DNA of 44,999 nt from Microlunatus sp. (GCA_036566865.1 DATCVL010000141.1:1-44999); one strand, 5' to 3'; counted from the first letter of the stretch, positions 19,167 to 29,058 are shown. The notes: a model not told the origin generated them from the letters alone. A program made the numbers and translations.

Positions 19167-19811
19167 GTGGACGCACATCTACTACTGACCTGGGCGATCG
19201 TTGCCTTGGTCGGCGTCATCACTCCCGGCATCGACGTCATGATGGTGCTCCGTTCGACCATCTTTCATGGCCGTCGCTCAGGCTTCGCCGCGGCGATCGG
19301 CATCGAAGCCGGCTACGCCATATGGGCGACCGCGAGCCTGGCAGGGCTGACTATTCTCCTCGCCGCCTCAAACATTGCCTATACCGTCGTTCGCATCGCC
19401 GGTGCCTGCTATCTCATCTGGCTCGGCTGCTCGGCGATTTGGAAGTCACTGCCCCGCAATCGAGCTGATGCACCCGAGCCACAAGCCCAGCCCCCCGAAC
19501 CAACTGCACTCGCTACCGCCCGCCGAGCGCTGCTCAGCAACCTGCTGAACCCGAAGGTCGGCATCTTCTACATCAGCATCCTCCCCCAGTTCCTCCCCGC
19601 ATCCGGGACAGCCACAGCTGCCTCGTCCTGGGGACTGGCGTTGGTCGCGATCCACCTCACCCTCGGCATCGGCTGGCTATCAATCCTTGTGATGGTCGGA
19701 ACTCGCGCCCGTAGCCTCTTCACTCGAACCCGTGTCAAGGCTTGGCTTGACCGCACCACCGCTGCGGTGATGATCGCTCTCGGGATACGGCTGGCTACAG
19801 AGCACCGGTGA
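19167..19811 (+). CDS. LysE/RhtB-family exporter
   Basis: ITPGID, GRRSGFAAAIGI, GACYLIWLG, NLLNPKVGIFY..LPQF; RBS aaggagg. Confidence 0.93.
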   Translation: MDAHLLLTWAIVALVGVITPGIDVMMVLRSTIFHGRRSGFAAAIGIEAGYAIWATASLAGLTILLAASNIAYTVVRIAGACYLIWLGCSAIWKSLPRNRADAPEPQAQPPEPTALATARRALLSNLLNPKVGIFYISILPQFLPASGTATAASSWGLALVAIHLTLGIGWLSILVMVGTRARSLFTRTRVKAWLDRTTAAVMIALGIRLATEHR

Positions 19812-20063
19812 TACCCGGAAGGGGCCCGTACAGGCGTGTGACAGTGTCAGTGCCCCTTTGCCCCGCTGCCCGGTGAGCGCGCCTCCTGCGCAACGGGGTC
19901 GGACCATCGGGGCAGCAGGGTCACCCATTGGTGGAGTCAGCAACGCGGCGGCTCGACGCCGATGCGACGCACGAGGCTATCGCCCCCCAACCCTTCACCC
20001 GTCGGCCGCTGCCACGCATCGCAACTCGGCTCACCGCAACCCTGACCTCGAAGACACCAGAAC

Positions 20064-20134
20064 CCGTGTCCGCAACCGGTTTGTCACCGGGGCATACGCG
20101 CGACGCCTGTGTCACAACGGATCGATGATCGGGC
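20064..20134 (+). repeat. Two adjacent core motif copies
   Basis: ccgtgtccgcaaccggtttgtcaccgggg (20064-20092) and ctgtgtcacaacggatcgatgatcgggc (20107-20134). Confidence 0.75.
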
Positions 20135-20232
20135 ACCCTCACCGATCACACCCAACTGAGTGCTGAACCGCGCACCGCGCAACGGATCCCGTCTGGTTGT
20201 CCTGCTGCGCGCTTCTGCAGGGCAGGCCCACC

Positions 20233-21204
20233 TCAACCAAGGACCGCAGCACGGACGTCCGGCCTTCGCAGCATCTGCGCGCACCACCAGAAATGGCCGT
20301 CCGCACCGTCGCTGCCGAAGTAGGCATTCGTGATGATGGCGAACGCCGCCCGATACAACCCGTATCGCTGACGGTCATGACCAAAGCGCGCAAGAAAAGC
20401 CTCGGTCAAGACATCCTCCGAAGCCTTCGCGTTCGGGCCATACATGTCGAACAGGCTGGCAGTCACCGCCGCGTCGAACTGTGGATCCCCCACCGCTGTC
20501 ATGAAGCCGAAGTCCAGGACACCGGAAACATGTCCATCCTCGACCATCACGTTTGCGGGTATCAGGTCACCGTGGACAAGGCCGGTCTGGTCATCGCCCA
20601 GCGCCTGCAGACGGTCCACGAGACACGACACCATCGTGTCGATCCCGTCGACCTCGCGTTGGAGCAGCTCAGGAAGCGCCTTGTACCGCTGGTCTGTCAA
20701 TTGAGCCAGCGACGATGAAAATGACCCCGGCCATCCGAACGGCTGCTCACCAGGAAGGATCGGCAAGGCCGCCAAGCCCGGCGACAACGTTGCGTCCGCT
20801 AACCCGCTGAGCGCATCCCCCAGAATGCGAACCTCGTCCGGGGTCACAATCGGCGGTGCCGATATCCGATCATGGCGGAGCGGCACTCCACGAACCTTTT
20901 GCTCGATCGTGATCACGCACCCACCATCGGCGAGAAGGTCTGTCACCTGCGGCGTCCCGAAGGGCAACGCGGCGGCACCGAGAGCGGTCCCGAAAGTCAC
21001 TCCCGCTGCCAGATCATCTTCCGTACGACCATGCCAGATCTTCGCGACCAACTCCGATGAGAGATCGACCACGGTGCCTTCCATCCCCGACCCCAGAACG
21101 TCGCCGGGCTCGTAACCGTGACGACATAACAGATCGACGGCACGTTGATCCACTGCCTGCTGATCCACGGCGGTGACCTTACGGGGAGACCACCCCGACA
21201 CCAA
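20233..21204 (-). CDS. APH-fold phosphotransferase
   Basis: LGSGMEG.V, VAKIW, LVHGDLIPANVMV, GVLDFG, GDPQFD; start uncertain. Confidence 0.9.
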   Translation of the reverse strand: MVSGWSPRKVTAVDQQAVDQRAVDLLCRHGYEPGDVLGSGMEGTVVDLSSELVAKIWHGRTEDDLAAGVTFGTALGAAALPFGTPQVTDLLADGGCVITIEQKVRGVPLRHDRISAPPIVTPDEVRILGDALSGLADATLSPGLAALPILPGEQPFGWPGSFSSSLAQLTDQRYKALPELLQREVDGIDTMVSCLVDRLQALGDDQTGLVHGDLIPANVMVEDGHVSGVLDFGFMTAVGDPQFDAAVTASLFDMYGPNAKASEDVLTEAFLARFGHDRQRYGLYRAAFAIITNAYFGSDGADGHFWWCAQMLRRPDVRAAVLG

Positions 21205-21280
21205 CGGCTTTCCGACAGATCGACCATTCGACCTCTCTCATGAGGTGGCTCACCCCTTGCGAGGCGTTGCCTGGCCGACG

Positions 21281-21331
21281 ACCAAGATCACGACCGCGCG
21301 TCGTCACCGCGATCGGATCTTTCCCCGGGTC
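21281..21331 (+). repeat. Type-3 leader + core motif
   Basis: 27 of first 30 bp identical to 37903-37932. Confidence 0.85.
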
Positions 21332-21380
21332 CGATGCACCCCGTACACCTCGCCACAGCGCAGGATGCGTCGCCTTTGCC

Positions 21381-21415
21381 GTGATCACGGTCTGAACGCA
21401 GTGATCACGGTCTGA
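21381..21415. repeat. Tandem duplication spanning a stop codon
   Basis: gtgatcacggtctga at 21381-21395 and 21401-21415. Confidence 0.85.
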
Positions 21416-21926
21416 GCGGAAGGTTGAGAATGGGATCTGAGGTTGGGTGCTTGCTCCCCCCGATCGGTTCGACCGTGATGGCTATCGCAACACACGCCGT
21501 CATGTCGCTCTTCAGCGGTTGCGGCGAGCCGTTCGCGTCGCTCAATCGAATGTCACGCACAGCCGTTGACTGGAGCTGACTGTCCGCCTTATAGAAAGCC
21601 CACACCTGAAACGTCTTCCCCGGGCCCGCATGCACCTCTCCATCAATACTGGCGATCGCCTCACCTCGATGTCGCGAAACGAGGATCGTGATCGCGCCAC
21701 CCGATACTCGGCCGTGGTAGGCAACCGAGTCCGCGGCCCGCAACACACGATCTTGCGCGACGACCACTGATTCGCCGTTGGCGTAGCCCAAGCGATATCC
21801 AGCGATCCCGGTTATCGCGACGACGACTACAGCCAGGACCACAGCCGGCACGAGCCTTGACCGCTCTGGCCCAACCTCTATGACGTCGAGTAACGAATCC
21901 TCAAGCTCGCCGTGAGAGTCCTTCAT
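21405..21926 (-). CDS. Anti-sigma-K (RskA)-like membrane protein
   Basis: Single TM helix; GKTFQVWA and AITVEP.GGS..PTS motifs; RBS gaggag. Confidence 0.75.
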   Translation of the reverse strand: MKDSHGELEDSLLDVIEVGPERSRLVPAVVLAVVVVAITGIAGYRLGYANGESVVVAQDRVLRAADSVAYHGRVSGGAITILVSRHRGEAIASIDGEVHAGPGKTFQVWAFYKADSQLQSTAVRDIRLSDANGSPQPLKSDMTACVAIAITVEPIGGSKHPTSDPILNLPLRP

Positions 21927-22448
21927 TTCTGTCTCCTCGGAGTGGAGGCGTGTAGTGGTCCGGAACCTGTCCCGTTACGGGCCCGGTGAGTCATGTCCTT
22001 GGAGGACGCGGATCAACCGGTCGCGGACAAGACGACCATCCATGGGATTGCCACTGAGGCCGCCGCCGACAACAGTGCGACCAAAAACATCGGCCACGAT
22101 GGGATCGCCCGATCAACGCAAAGACAACAGCATCGAGAAGACCAGGCAGACCGCTAACGAGAGATCACAGAACCTCGAAGCGGCAGTTCAACGGGCCCGC
22201 CGTCTACAAAAACAGCCTCGGGGCGACTGGTGCACCTCAAGATCACGCCATGGCCAAGCGAACCTAGCAGCCCGCAGCCAACCACTCCACCGCAATTCCG
22301 CGCTGACGCCGAGACCCGATCCCGACGGAGGGGTTCGAGCCGCGACCCTGTGTGAGATCCGCCCTCATCTGTGCCCTACCGGCACGCATCCGGGCGAGCG
22401 CCTCATTCGAGCATGACCCATAGCAACCCCTAACCGCACAGGTGCCAC

Positions 22449-22515
22449 CTACGGCGCGGCGCCGGCTGACTCGACCCTGATCAAGTTCTGTGTGACAACG
22501 GATCCATTACCAGAC
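22449..22515 (+). repeat. Type-2 leader + core motif
   Basis: ctacggcgcggc...tgactcgaccctgatcaagttctgtgtgacaacggatccattaccagac aligns over its full length with 39037-39105. Confidence 0.9.
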
Positions 22516-22532
22516 GCGGTCGGCTAACGCGC

Positions 22533-23048
22533 TCAGCGCACCATGCGAAGCTCGACCAGGTTCACGCGAGCAGGGTCGATGTACTCGACCCCATCAAAGG
22601 CGAACCCGTTCCGCTGATAGAACGAGATTGCCCGGTCATTTCCGCGAAGTACCCACAGCTGCGCGGGCTCATCGCTGACAACGGAGTCGAGCAGCGCCTG
22701 GCCGGCGCCTGTGCCGTGAGCCGACAAAAGCAGGTAGATCGAGAACAGGTGCAGCGGGCGAGCGGGACCGACTCCATGTTCGGCATCGGGACCGACGGCA
22801 TCACCGGCATTAGCGAAACCAATGACGTCTCCGTCTCGCACCGCGACCGCCATCCGCCCCGGTCGCGGCTCCGTCGAGAGGTAGCAGGTCCAGAACTCGA
22901 GCCGCCGTCTGAAAGCGTCCATCGAGAAGAACCGCTCGTCGAGCACACCGGAATAGGTTTCGCGCCAACTATCGACGTGAGTGCGAGCCACGCCGCCGGC
23001 ATCTGAGTCCAACGCTTCTCGAACGATCACCTCGCCGTCGCCGCTCAT
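22533..23048 (-). CDS. GNAT N-acetyltransferase
   Basis: HVDSWRETY, HGTGAGQALL, LWVLRGNDRAISFYQRNGF. Confidence 0.92.
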   Translation of the reverse strand: MSGDGEVIVREALDSDAGGVARTHVDSWRETYSGVLDERFFSMDAFRRRLEFWTCYLSTEPRPGRMAVAVRDGDVIGFANAGDAVGPDAEHGVGPARPLHLFSIYLLLSAHGTGAGQALLDSVVSDEPAQLWVLRGNDRAISFYQRNGFAFDGVEYIDPARVNLVELRMVR

Positions 23049-23135
23049 GAGATGACTGTAAACACCCGCGAGCCGTTCCCACCACCGACACGATCCGACC
23101 AGCTCGGCGCGCAATGCAACGCACGACGGATCATC

Positions 23136-23164
23136 CTGTGTCCAGATGGGATTGATCACCGGGC
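23136..23164 (+). repeat. Core motif copy
   Basis: ctgtgtccagatgggattgatcaccgggc. Confidence 0.75.
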
Positions 23165-23225
23165 TGGATGACCGAGCCGAGTAACTTCGTGGACGGCGCC
23201 AGCGTCGTGGCGTCAAACTTCGGTC

Positions 23226-23804
23226 GTGAGACCCAAGAACCGACAGGCCCCCAGCATCGAACGTGGCCAACTGTTGCAGGAGATGCGATCGGCCTTCGCC
23301 TGGCGTCGTGACCGTGCAGATGACCGCTGGACAGCCGATCTCACCCGATGGTGGGCCGACCCAGCCATCCTGCGCCAGCTCGGTGCCGCGCTCGCCGAAC
23401 CATTTCGAGACCGCGAACCCACTGTCGTGTTCGGGCCGCAATCACGCGGGGCGCTGCTCGGGGCCCTCGTCGCCCTGGAGCTGGGCGTGGGTTTGGTCGA
23501 ACTACGCAAGGATCCAGTGCCGGCCGCCGACAGTGATCGGTGGCTGATCGCTCGGACGCCGCCGGACTATCAAGATCGCAACCTGCGGCTGGGTGCTCGC
23601 CGTGGACTCGTGCCGTCGACGGCCAGGGTCTTGCTGGTCGACGATTGGGCCGCAACCGGCGGCCAAGCGACCGCGGCCCGCACGTTGGTCGAGATGGCGG
23701 AGGCAAGCTGGTGTGGAGCCTCGGTGATTGTTGACGCGTTGACCGATCCTCGCCTCCGCCGAGACCTCAACCTGCAGAGCCTATTCCGGGAGAACGATCT
23801 CTAG
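23226..23804 (+). CDS. Adenine phosphoribosyltransferase-like type I PRTase
   Basis: GPQSRG...G..VA..LG.G.VELRK; PRPP loop VLLVDDWAATGG. Confidence 0.85.
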   Translation: MRPKNRQAPSIERGQLLQEMRSAFAWRRDRADDRWTADLTRWWADPAILRQLGAALAEPFRDREPTVVFGPQSRGALLGALVALELGVGLVELRKDPVPAADSDRWLIARTPPDYQDRNLRLGARRGLVPSTARVLLVDDWAATGGQATAARTLVEMAEASWCGASVIVDALTDPRLRRDLNLQSLFRENDL

Positions 23805-23825
23805 TTCCGGGAGAACGATCTCTAG
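23784..23825. repeat. Perfect 21-bp tandem duplication of the gene 3' end
   Basis: ttccgggagaacgatctctag twice (23784-23804, 23805-23825). Confidence 0.95.
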
Positions 23826-23880
23826 GCAACTGGAACCCCAGCCCAGTCAGAGTTCCTCCGCGTACACAGTTGATCCAGGG

Positions 23881-23926
23881 CCATGATCATCAGCTGACCT
23901 GTGTCACTTGGGATCCATCACCGGGC
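23881..23926 (+). repeat. Core motif copy closest to consensus
   Basis: ccatgatcat...ctgtgtcacttgggatccatcaccgggc. Confidence 0.85.
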
Positions 23927-23938
23927 GCCACCGTGGCA

Positions 23939-24421
23939 TCAGGACAGGTGGGCCGCGCCGCGATCGAACACGGGACCCGCCCCACTCCTTGCCAACTCAA
24001 CCGCACGTGTCTCAGGAGGAGGCATCGCCGGAAGGGAATGCAGGTCAAACCACCGAACGTCAGTCGTCTCCTCAAGATCCGGCGTGGGAACGCCGCCCTC
24101 ATATCGGCACTCAAAGATCAACAAGAGGTACTGACAGCGGTCACCGTTTGGATACTCCATCGGCTCGCCCGTGGTCATGAGGAGCAGTCTCTCGACGACT
24201 CCGACGACCCCGGCCTCTTCCAACAACTCCCGCTCCGCTACATCGGCGGCGAACTCGCCAGGCTCGACGATCCCGCCCGGAACAATCCATTCTCCGGTGT
24301 CTGATCGGCGCACCAGCAGCACCTGATCTTCGACGATCACCACGCTCAACGCCGCCGACAGGAACAAGAGGTCATGGCCCACCCGGGCACGCAAGTCACG
24401 AATGAACTCAGGAGCCGCCAC
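23939..24421 (-). CDS. NUDIX hydrolase
   Basis: [24 protein letters not shown]....[15 protein letters not shown]; GTG start inferred. Confidence 0.9.
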   Translation of the reverse strand: MAAPEFIRDLRARVGHDLLFLSAALSVVIVEDQVLLVRRSDTGEWIVPGGIVEPGEFAADVAERELLEEAGVVGVVERLLLMTTGEPMEYPNGDRCQYLLLIFECRYEGGVPTPDLEETTDVRWFDLHSLPAMPPPETRAVELARSGAGPVFDRGAAHLS

Positions 24422-24558
24422 GGATGTCGACCCTATAACCAGCTCCGTTCCGTCAGAGCTGAACTGCCACGCGCATGCGCCGGCCACGGATCCTCGTCCG
24501 GGCTGCTGTCGGCGGCTTCGTCGGCGCGAACAGACGAGGTGAGGCAGAATCCCGTCCC

Positions 24559-25179
24559 GTGCCTACCTCGCCGAGCAACGACCAGTCTCCGAACGGCCTG
24601 CTCATCGTCATCTCTGGTCCCGCAGCTGCCGGCAAGACCACGATCGGACGTCAGATCGCTGCCCGCCGGGACCGAGCGATCCACATCGACGGCGACTTCA
24701 TCCAAGGTCTGGTCGTCTCCGGATCCATCACGATGGACGTCCCACCACCTGCCGGAGCCCTTGACCAACTGAGACTGCGATTCCAGGCGGCGCTTACCGT
24801 TGCCAACATCTACCGCGATGCCGGCTTCGACGCGATCATCAGCGACAATCTCTTCGAGGAAGAAGCCCATCGGTTCATCAAATCCGCGATCAGTTCACAC
24901 CCCTCGCGGTCGATCCACTTCGTGATGCTCAACCCCTCGATCGAAGCGATCCAGGACAGGTACAACCAACGGCCCGGAGGCGGCTACACCGCCACCCTGA
25001 CCCCAGAAGTGCTCAAGGGCGCGGTGGCACGCACTGATCGCATTGGCCTCTGGCTCGACACCAGCGACCAGACTGCAGCGCAGACCGCAGAAGAAGTCCT
25101 AGTTCGCCTGCACCAAGCTGAGGTGGTGCCCGAAGTCGCGGACACGGACTCCAACGGCGCCCCCGGCGCTGGCCGGTAG
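24559..25179 (+). CDS. P-loop nucleotide-kinase-fold (AAA_33-like) protein
   Basis: [12 protein letters not shown] Walker A; IHIDGD; GLWLDTS; start inferred. Confidence 0.82.
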   Translation: MPTSPSNDQSPNGLLIVISGPAAAGKTTIGRQIAARRDRAIHIDGDFIQGLVVSGSITMDVPPPAGALDQLRLRFQAALTVANIYRDAGFDAIISDNLFEEEAHRFIKSAISSHPSRSIHFVMLNPSIEAIQDRYNQRPGGGYTATLTPEVLKGAVARTDRIGLWLDTSDQTAAQTAEEVLVRLHQAEVVPEVADTDSNGAPGAGR

Positions 25180-25186
25180 CGGTTCC

Positions 25187-25420
25187 TCACGCGGTCCGGA
25201 TCCAATACCGACGCGTTCGTCGGCCAGTCTGCGAGCTCGCGACGATCCCGTCGAAGTGGCCGCCACAGCGTTCGATCACAGCGATCGACCCGCAGTTGTC
25301 GTCCTTGCAGGTAACCAACGCCATCTCAATTCCCACGGACTTTGCAACTGCCAGCGACTCAGCCAGCATCTGCGTCGCGAATCCCTGGCGACGAAACTGC
25401 GGCCGAACCGCGTACCCGAC
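25187..25420 (-). pseudogene. C-terminal fragment of GNAT acetyltransferase
   Basis: [19 protein letters not shown]...[18 protein letters not shown]...RRYWI. Confidence 0.85.
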
Positions 25421-25851
25421 AACGTGATCGTGATGATGAAGTCGGTCATCGCAAACCCGAGCAGGATCAGCACGAAGATCTTGCCCCGCCAGAACGGCGG
25501 CAGCCGTTCCAGCATGGCGATCGAGCCCTGCCCATGAGGGCTCTCCGCAGCAACCCGGCGGTAGATCGGCAGGGCACCAAACAGGGTGAGCAGGACCAAG
25601 ATGACGGTCGCCAGCGGGCTCAGAAGGCCGGCGGCAAGGAACGCGATGCCCGGCTGGTAGCCGAGCGTGGAGAAGTAGTCCACCCCGGTCAGGCACATCA
25701 CCTTCCACCAGGATTGGGGCCTCTGCCCGGCATGTTCGACCGCATGCGGGCCGGCGTGCCGCGACGCGTCATCGGGGCGCCAGAACAACCAGTCACGAAA
25801 CCGGCCGGAGGTGTTGGCCCGGCCCTTTGTCCGTCTGAGGTCAAGAGTCAC
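25416..25851 (-). pseudogene. N-terminal fragment of APC-superfamily (amino acid/K+) permease
   Basis: [23 protein letters not shown]...[15 protein letters not shown]...[10 protein letters not shown] then breaks into the GNAT fragment. Confidence 0.85.
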
Positions 25852-26131
25852 GCCACCATCAAACCCGCGTCCCGACTCTGATACCGGATCCCTAACGAGT
25901 TCCTAACGCCTGCACACGCCCCGGGACCGGCGAGGTCTGGAAGCCTCGCGGCCGGGCGTCAGGATTCTGTTGGCTGGTGGTGACTGGTTCGATGTCTATC
26001 GTCGCCCCAGTCCGCGAGTGGCTCGACTCACTCCCACCCGCAACGCCCCGACCGGTTGCCATCGGCACGCCGACCCCGCCCTCCGAAACTGATCACCTGA
26101 GCGATGCCGGGTCAAGATTCCTCACCGGCGG

Positions 26132-26179
26132 CCGAGATCACGACTGAGCATCGTCACCAGAGGCGGATCCTGGTCGGGC
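26132..26179 (+). repeat. Type-3 leader + core motif (divergent)
   Basis: ccgagatcacgactgagcatcgtcaccagaggcggatcctggtcgggc. Confidence 0.65.
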
Positions 26180-26236
26180 ATGGCTGGTGGCGGTCAGGCA
26201 TCCGCGACCTGGCATGAGCTTGATTGATCGTTGCGG

Positions 26237-27016
26237 TTAGCTGATCACGGCAACTCCGGTCCGACCTCCATCAACGTCGAGAACCGTGCCGTGCACGAAG
26301 CTGCTGTCGTCGCTGGCGAGGTACACGACGGCTGCGCCGATCGCAGACGGGTGACCAGACACTGCTGCCGGTGTACCTTTCATCATGCTTTCGCCGGGGA
26401 AGTCGACGTCGGTAGCCAGTTCTGGTGGTCTGATGACACCGGGTGAAACGGCATTCACTCGAATCCCGTGGGTGCCGAACTCGGCGGACCAGGCTCGGGT
26501 CAGTGTCTCCATGGCCCCTTTGGTTGAGGCGTAGAGGGCGCCGACGGGAACGCTGAGCCGAGCGACCCACGATCCCAGATTGATCACCACACCACCGCCG
26601 ACTTCGATCATGGACGGCACGATCGCGGCGGTCAGGAAGTAGGGAGCCTTGACGTTGACCGCATACATCCGGTCAAAGGTGTCCTCGTCGGTGTCGACCG
26701 TGCTGACTGCCGGGTAGATGCCGGCGTTGTTGACGAGGATGTCAAGGCGGCCATCGGCAACCGACAACGCTTCGGTAGCCAACTGCGAACTGGATGCAGC
26801 CGATCCGTCGAGCTCGGCGCGGACGAAGGCCGCCCGGCCGCCATCGTGGGTGATGGAGTTGACGACACTCTGTCCGCGTGACGCGTCCCGTCCGGAGACG
26901 ATGACGAAGGCGCCTTCGACGGCCATGGCCTCCGCGATCGCTCGCCCGATGTTTCGGGTGGACCCCGTCACGAGAGCGGTCTTCCCTTGCAGACGCGTAC
27001 CTGTTTCGTTGTTCAT
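26237..27016 (-). CDS. Classical SDR oxidoreductase
   Basis: TGSTRNIG, LVNNAG, YASTK, VNAVSPG, VDGG. Confidence 0.93.
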   Translation of the reverse strand: MNNETGTRLQGKTALVTGSTRNIGRAIAEAMAVEGAFVIVSGRDASRGQSVVNSITHDGGRAAFVRAELDGSAASSSQLATEALSVADGRLDILVNNAGIYPAVSTVDTDEDTFDRMYAVNVKAPYFLTAAIVPSMIEVGGGVVINLGSWVARLSVPVGALYASTKGAMETLTRAWSAEFGTHGIRVNAVSPGVIRPPELATDVDFPGESMMKGTPAAVSGHPSAIGAAVVYLASDDSSFVHGTVLDVDGGRTGVAVIS

Positions 27017-27035
27017 AGCCGGCGACGATAGGCGC

Positions 27036-27065
27036 GCATTTTTGGACTCCAAAGTCCAAAAATGC
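27036..27065. promoter_or_regulatory. TetR operator between divergent SDR and TetR genes
   Basis: Perfect 13-bp arms gcatttttggact-ccaa-agtccaaaaatgc. Confidence 0.8.
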
Positions 27066-27079
27066 TAGCGTCCGGATCC

Positions 27080-27724
27080 ATGTCGGAGACCTTGCGGACG
27101 ACGGGGCGAGCTGCCGACCGTCCGACACGATTGACGCCGAAAGGCGAAGCAACACGACAACGGATCATCGTCGGGGCCTCCGAGCACCTGCGGGACTTCG
27201 GCGTCGCCGCCACAACGTTGGACGATGTGTTGGCCCGGACCCGAACGAGTAAGAGCCAGTTGTTCCACTACTTTCCCGGCGGACGGGAGGATTTGTTGCT
27301 GGCGGTCGCCCGCTACGAGGCGGACCGAGTGTTGACCGATCAGGACCCGTATCTGAGCCACTTGACCAGCTGGGCGGCCTGGGAGCGTTGGAAAGATGCC
27401 GTGGTCACCAGGTACCGAGTCCAGGGCACCAACTGCCCATTGGCCGCCTTGATGACGCAGGTCAGACAAACTCCTGGCGCCGAACAAGTGACCATGACGC
27501 TGTTGGCCCAGTGGGAGGACAAGCTGGCCGACGGCGTGGTAACGATGCAGCGCGCCGGCAAGATCCGAGACGGTCTCGACCCACGCCAGACAGCGCAAGC
27601 GATCATCGCCGCGATCCAGGGAGGAGTTGCCGTTCTCATGTCAACCGGCCGCAGTGATCACCTGGAAGCTGCTCTGGACCTGACGCTGAGCCATCTCCGC
27701 CTGTGCGCACCCGAATGTGGGTAA
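27080..27724 (+). CDS. TetR/AcrR-family regulator
   Basis: TTLDDVLARTRTSKSQLFHYFPGGREDLL. Confidence 0.92.
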   Translation: MSETLRTTGRAADRPTRLTPKGEATRQRIIVGASEHLRDFGVAATTLDDVLARTRTSKSQLFHYFPGGREDLLLAVARYEADRVLTDQDPYLSHLTSWAAWERWKDAVVTRYRVQGTNCPLAALMTQVRQTPGAEQVTMTLLAQWEDKLADGVVTMQRAGKIRDGLDPRQTAQAIIAAIQGGVAVLMSTGRSDHLEAALDLTLSHLRLCAPECG

Positions 27725-27897
27725 ACCCATCACACCGGTCCTCGATTCACTTACGGTCGGTAATCGCCCTACTCGACCGCGGTTTGCTCCCCGGGCCCGA
27801 ACCGCACATCCAACCTGTCATCAATGCGTCAGGTATGTACGGCCATGGAACACCGGACCACACCACAGGAGACCGTCCTCAATCTGTCGCAACAGTG

Positions 27898-27982
27898 GTT
27901 CGCCTTGCGAGGCGATCTTGATCATCTTCCCTCGTCGTGGGACAGCTTGCTCATCTGTCGCACATGGGATCCATCACCGCGC
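27898..27982 (+). repeat. Type-1 leader + core motif
   Basis: gttcgccttgcgaggcgatcttgatcatctt...gacagcttgctcatctgtcgcacatgggatccatcaccgcgc. Confidence 0.9.
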
Positions 27983-28104
27983 GTGCCCAGCAACTGCTCC
28001 CAGTCGTTGATCAGTTCGGCAGTGTCGAGTTGCGAGGATCCGGCCTCCGAGGATCTCGCACTCGCTTACGGACGGACACCATCGACGACGGCTTCCAGCA
28101 CGAC

Positions 28105-28353
28105 TCACCGCACCACAGTGTCATCCTGCCTTGGCGCGGAGTGCTCGGAGTTGGGCACTGTCATGGCCCGGGCAGGAGCAACAGGTCCGGTATCGGCCCT
28201 GCTGCGGCGCGCCTTCCGCCACTTCCGTCGTGCTCTCCGCTCAGGCGTGAAGCCGATCGCCGCAGTTTCGCCATCGAGCCGTCTCAACGCCTCCTCCCGC
28301 AGGCGACTGGACTCCCGACACAGGGCGGCCTCCTCGTAAGGACTGAGGGTCAT
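28105..28353 (-). CDS. Small Arg-rich hypothetical protein
   Basis: MTLSPYEEAALCRESSRLREEALRRL...; weak RBS. Confidence 0.45.
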   Translation of the reverse strand: MTLSPYEEAALCRESSRLREEALRRLDGETAAIGFTPERRARRKWRKARRSRADTGPVAPARAMTVPNSEHSAPRQDDTVVR

Positions 28354-28529
28354 GATGTCCACTTCCGCACCAGTTTGACGATCGGCCAACAGCCAACCGG
28401 TCACACTTCCGACGATAGTCGAGTCCGGCAGTACCAACTCGCCCGAAGGAGCTTCGCAGACCGACGGGGCCAGCGATCGCCCGGCGACGTCCCGCGCCGG
28501 ACAAACCACCGGGCAGCAACCTGAGCGTG

Positions 28530-28563
28530 GAATCGGTGTCGCACAAGGAGTCGATCACCGGGC
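28530..28563 (+). repeat. Core motif copy
   Basis: gaatcggtgtcgcacaaggagtcgatcaccgggc; weaker copy at 28487-28514. Confidence 0.75.
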
Positions 28564-28584
28564 GGCTGCCAGTCGCCGACGCTC

Positions 28585-29058
28585 TCAGCCGGCAACCGGT
28601 TCGGCCCTGGCGTCGAGACGATCAAGCACGCCTGCCTGCGCGAGCATCGCGAACCGGTCCGGAACGCCCCAGTGCTCCACAATGCGCCCGTCGGCGATCC
28701 GGCAGACGTCGATCACAGTGAAATCGAGCCGCCGACCAGACGGCGGACCGAAGAACGGACCGGTGGCCGTGCCCACGCCGCGTACGCGCACCCAGACGAT
28801 GTCGTCGTTGATTGCATGATCCTCGATCGTGTACCGGACATCGGGACAGATGCCGTGCACGTCCCGGATCGCGGCCTTGAGGTGCTCGATAGCCTCCGCG
28901 CCACCACCGGCAAGACCGAACTGGTGCTCAATCATGTCCGGTGAACAGACTTCATCGATCACCTCGCCGTTGCCAGTCGCGAAACCCTCGTCCAGAACAC
29001 GCTTGACGATCACGACCTCGTCGGGCAACACCGTGCCGGGCTCTTCTCTGGTGGTCAT
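28585..29058 (-). CDS. SnoaL-like ester cyclase (NTF2 fold)
   Basis: PD.RYTIED....D.VWVR....GT.TGPFFGPPSGR....TVIDVCRIADGRIVEHWG..D. Confidence 0.9.
   Translation of the reverse strand: MTTREEPGTVLPDEVVIVKRVLDEGFATGNGEVIDEVCSPDMIEHQFGLAGGGAEAIEHLKAAIRDVHGICPDVRYTIEDHAINDDIVWVRVRGVGTATGPFFGPPSGRRLDFTVIDVCRIADGRIVEHWGVPDRFAMLAQAGVLDRLDARAEPVAG

Noticed and set aside
25187-25212. cggatccaataccgac as a boundary motif
   Set aside because: Falls in the conserved RRYWI coding end of the GNAT fragment; likely coincidental.
25888-25910. cctaacg direct repeat upstream of the permease fragment as a response-regulator box
   Set aside because: Plausible but only 7 bp twice; not enough to call.
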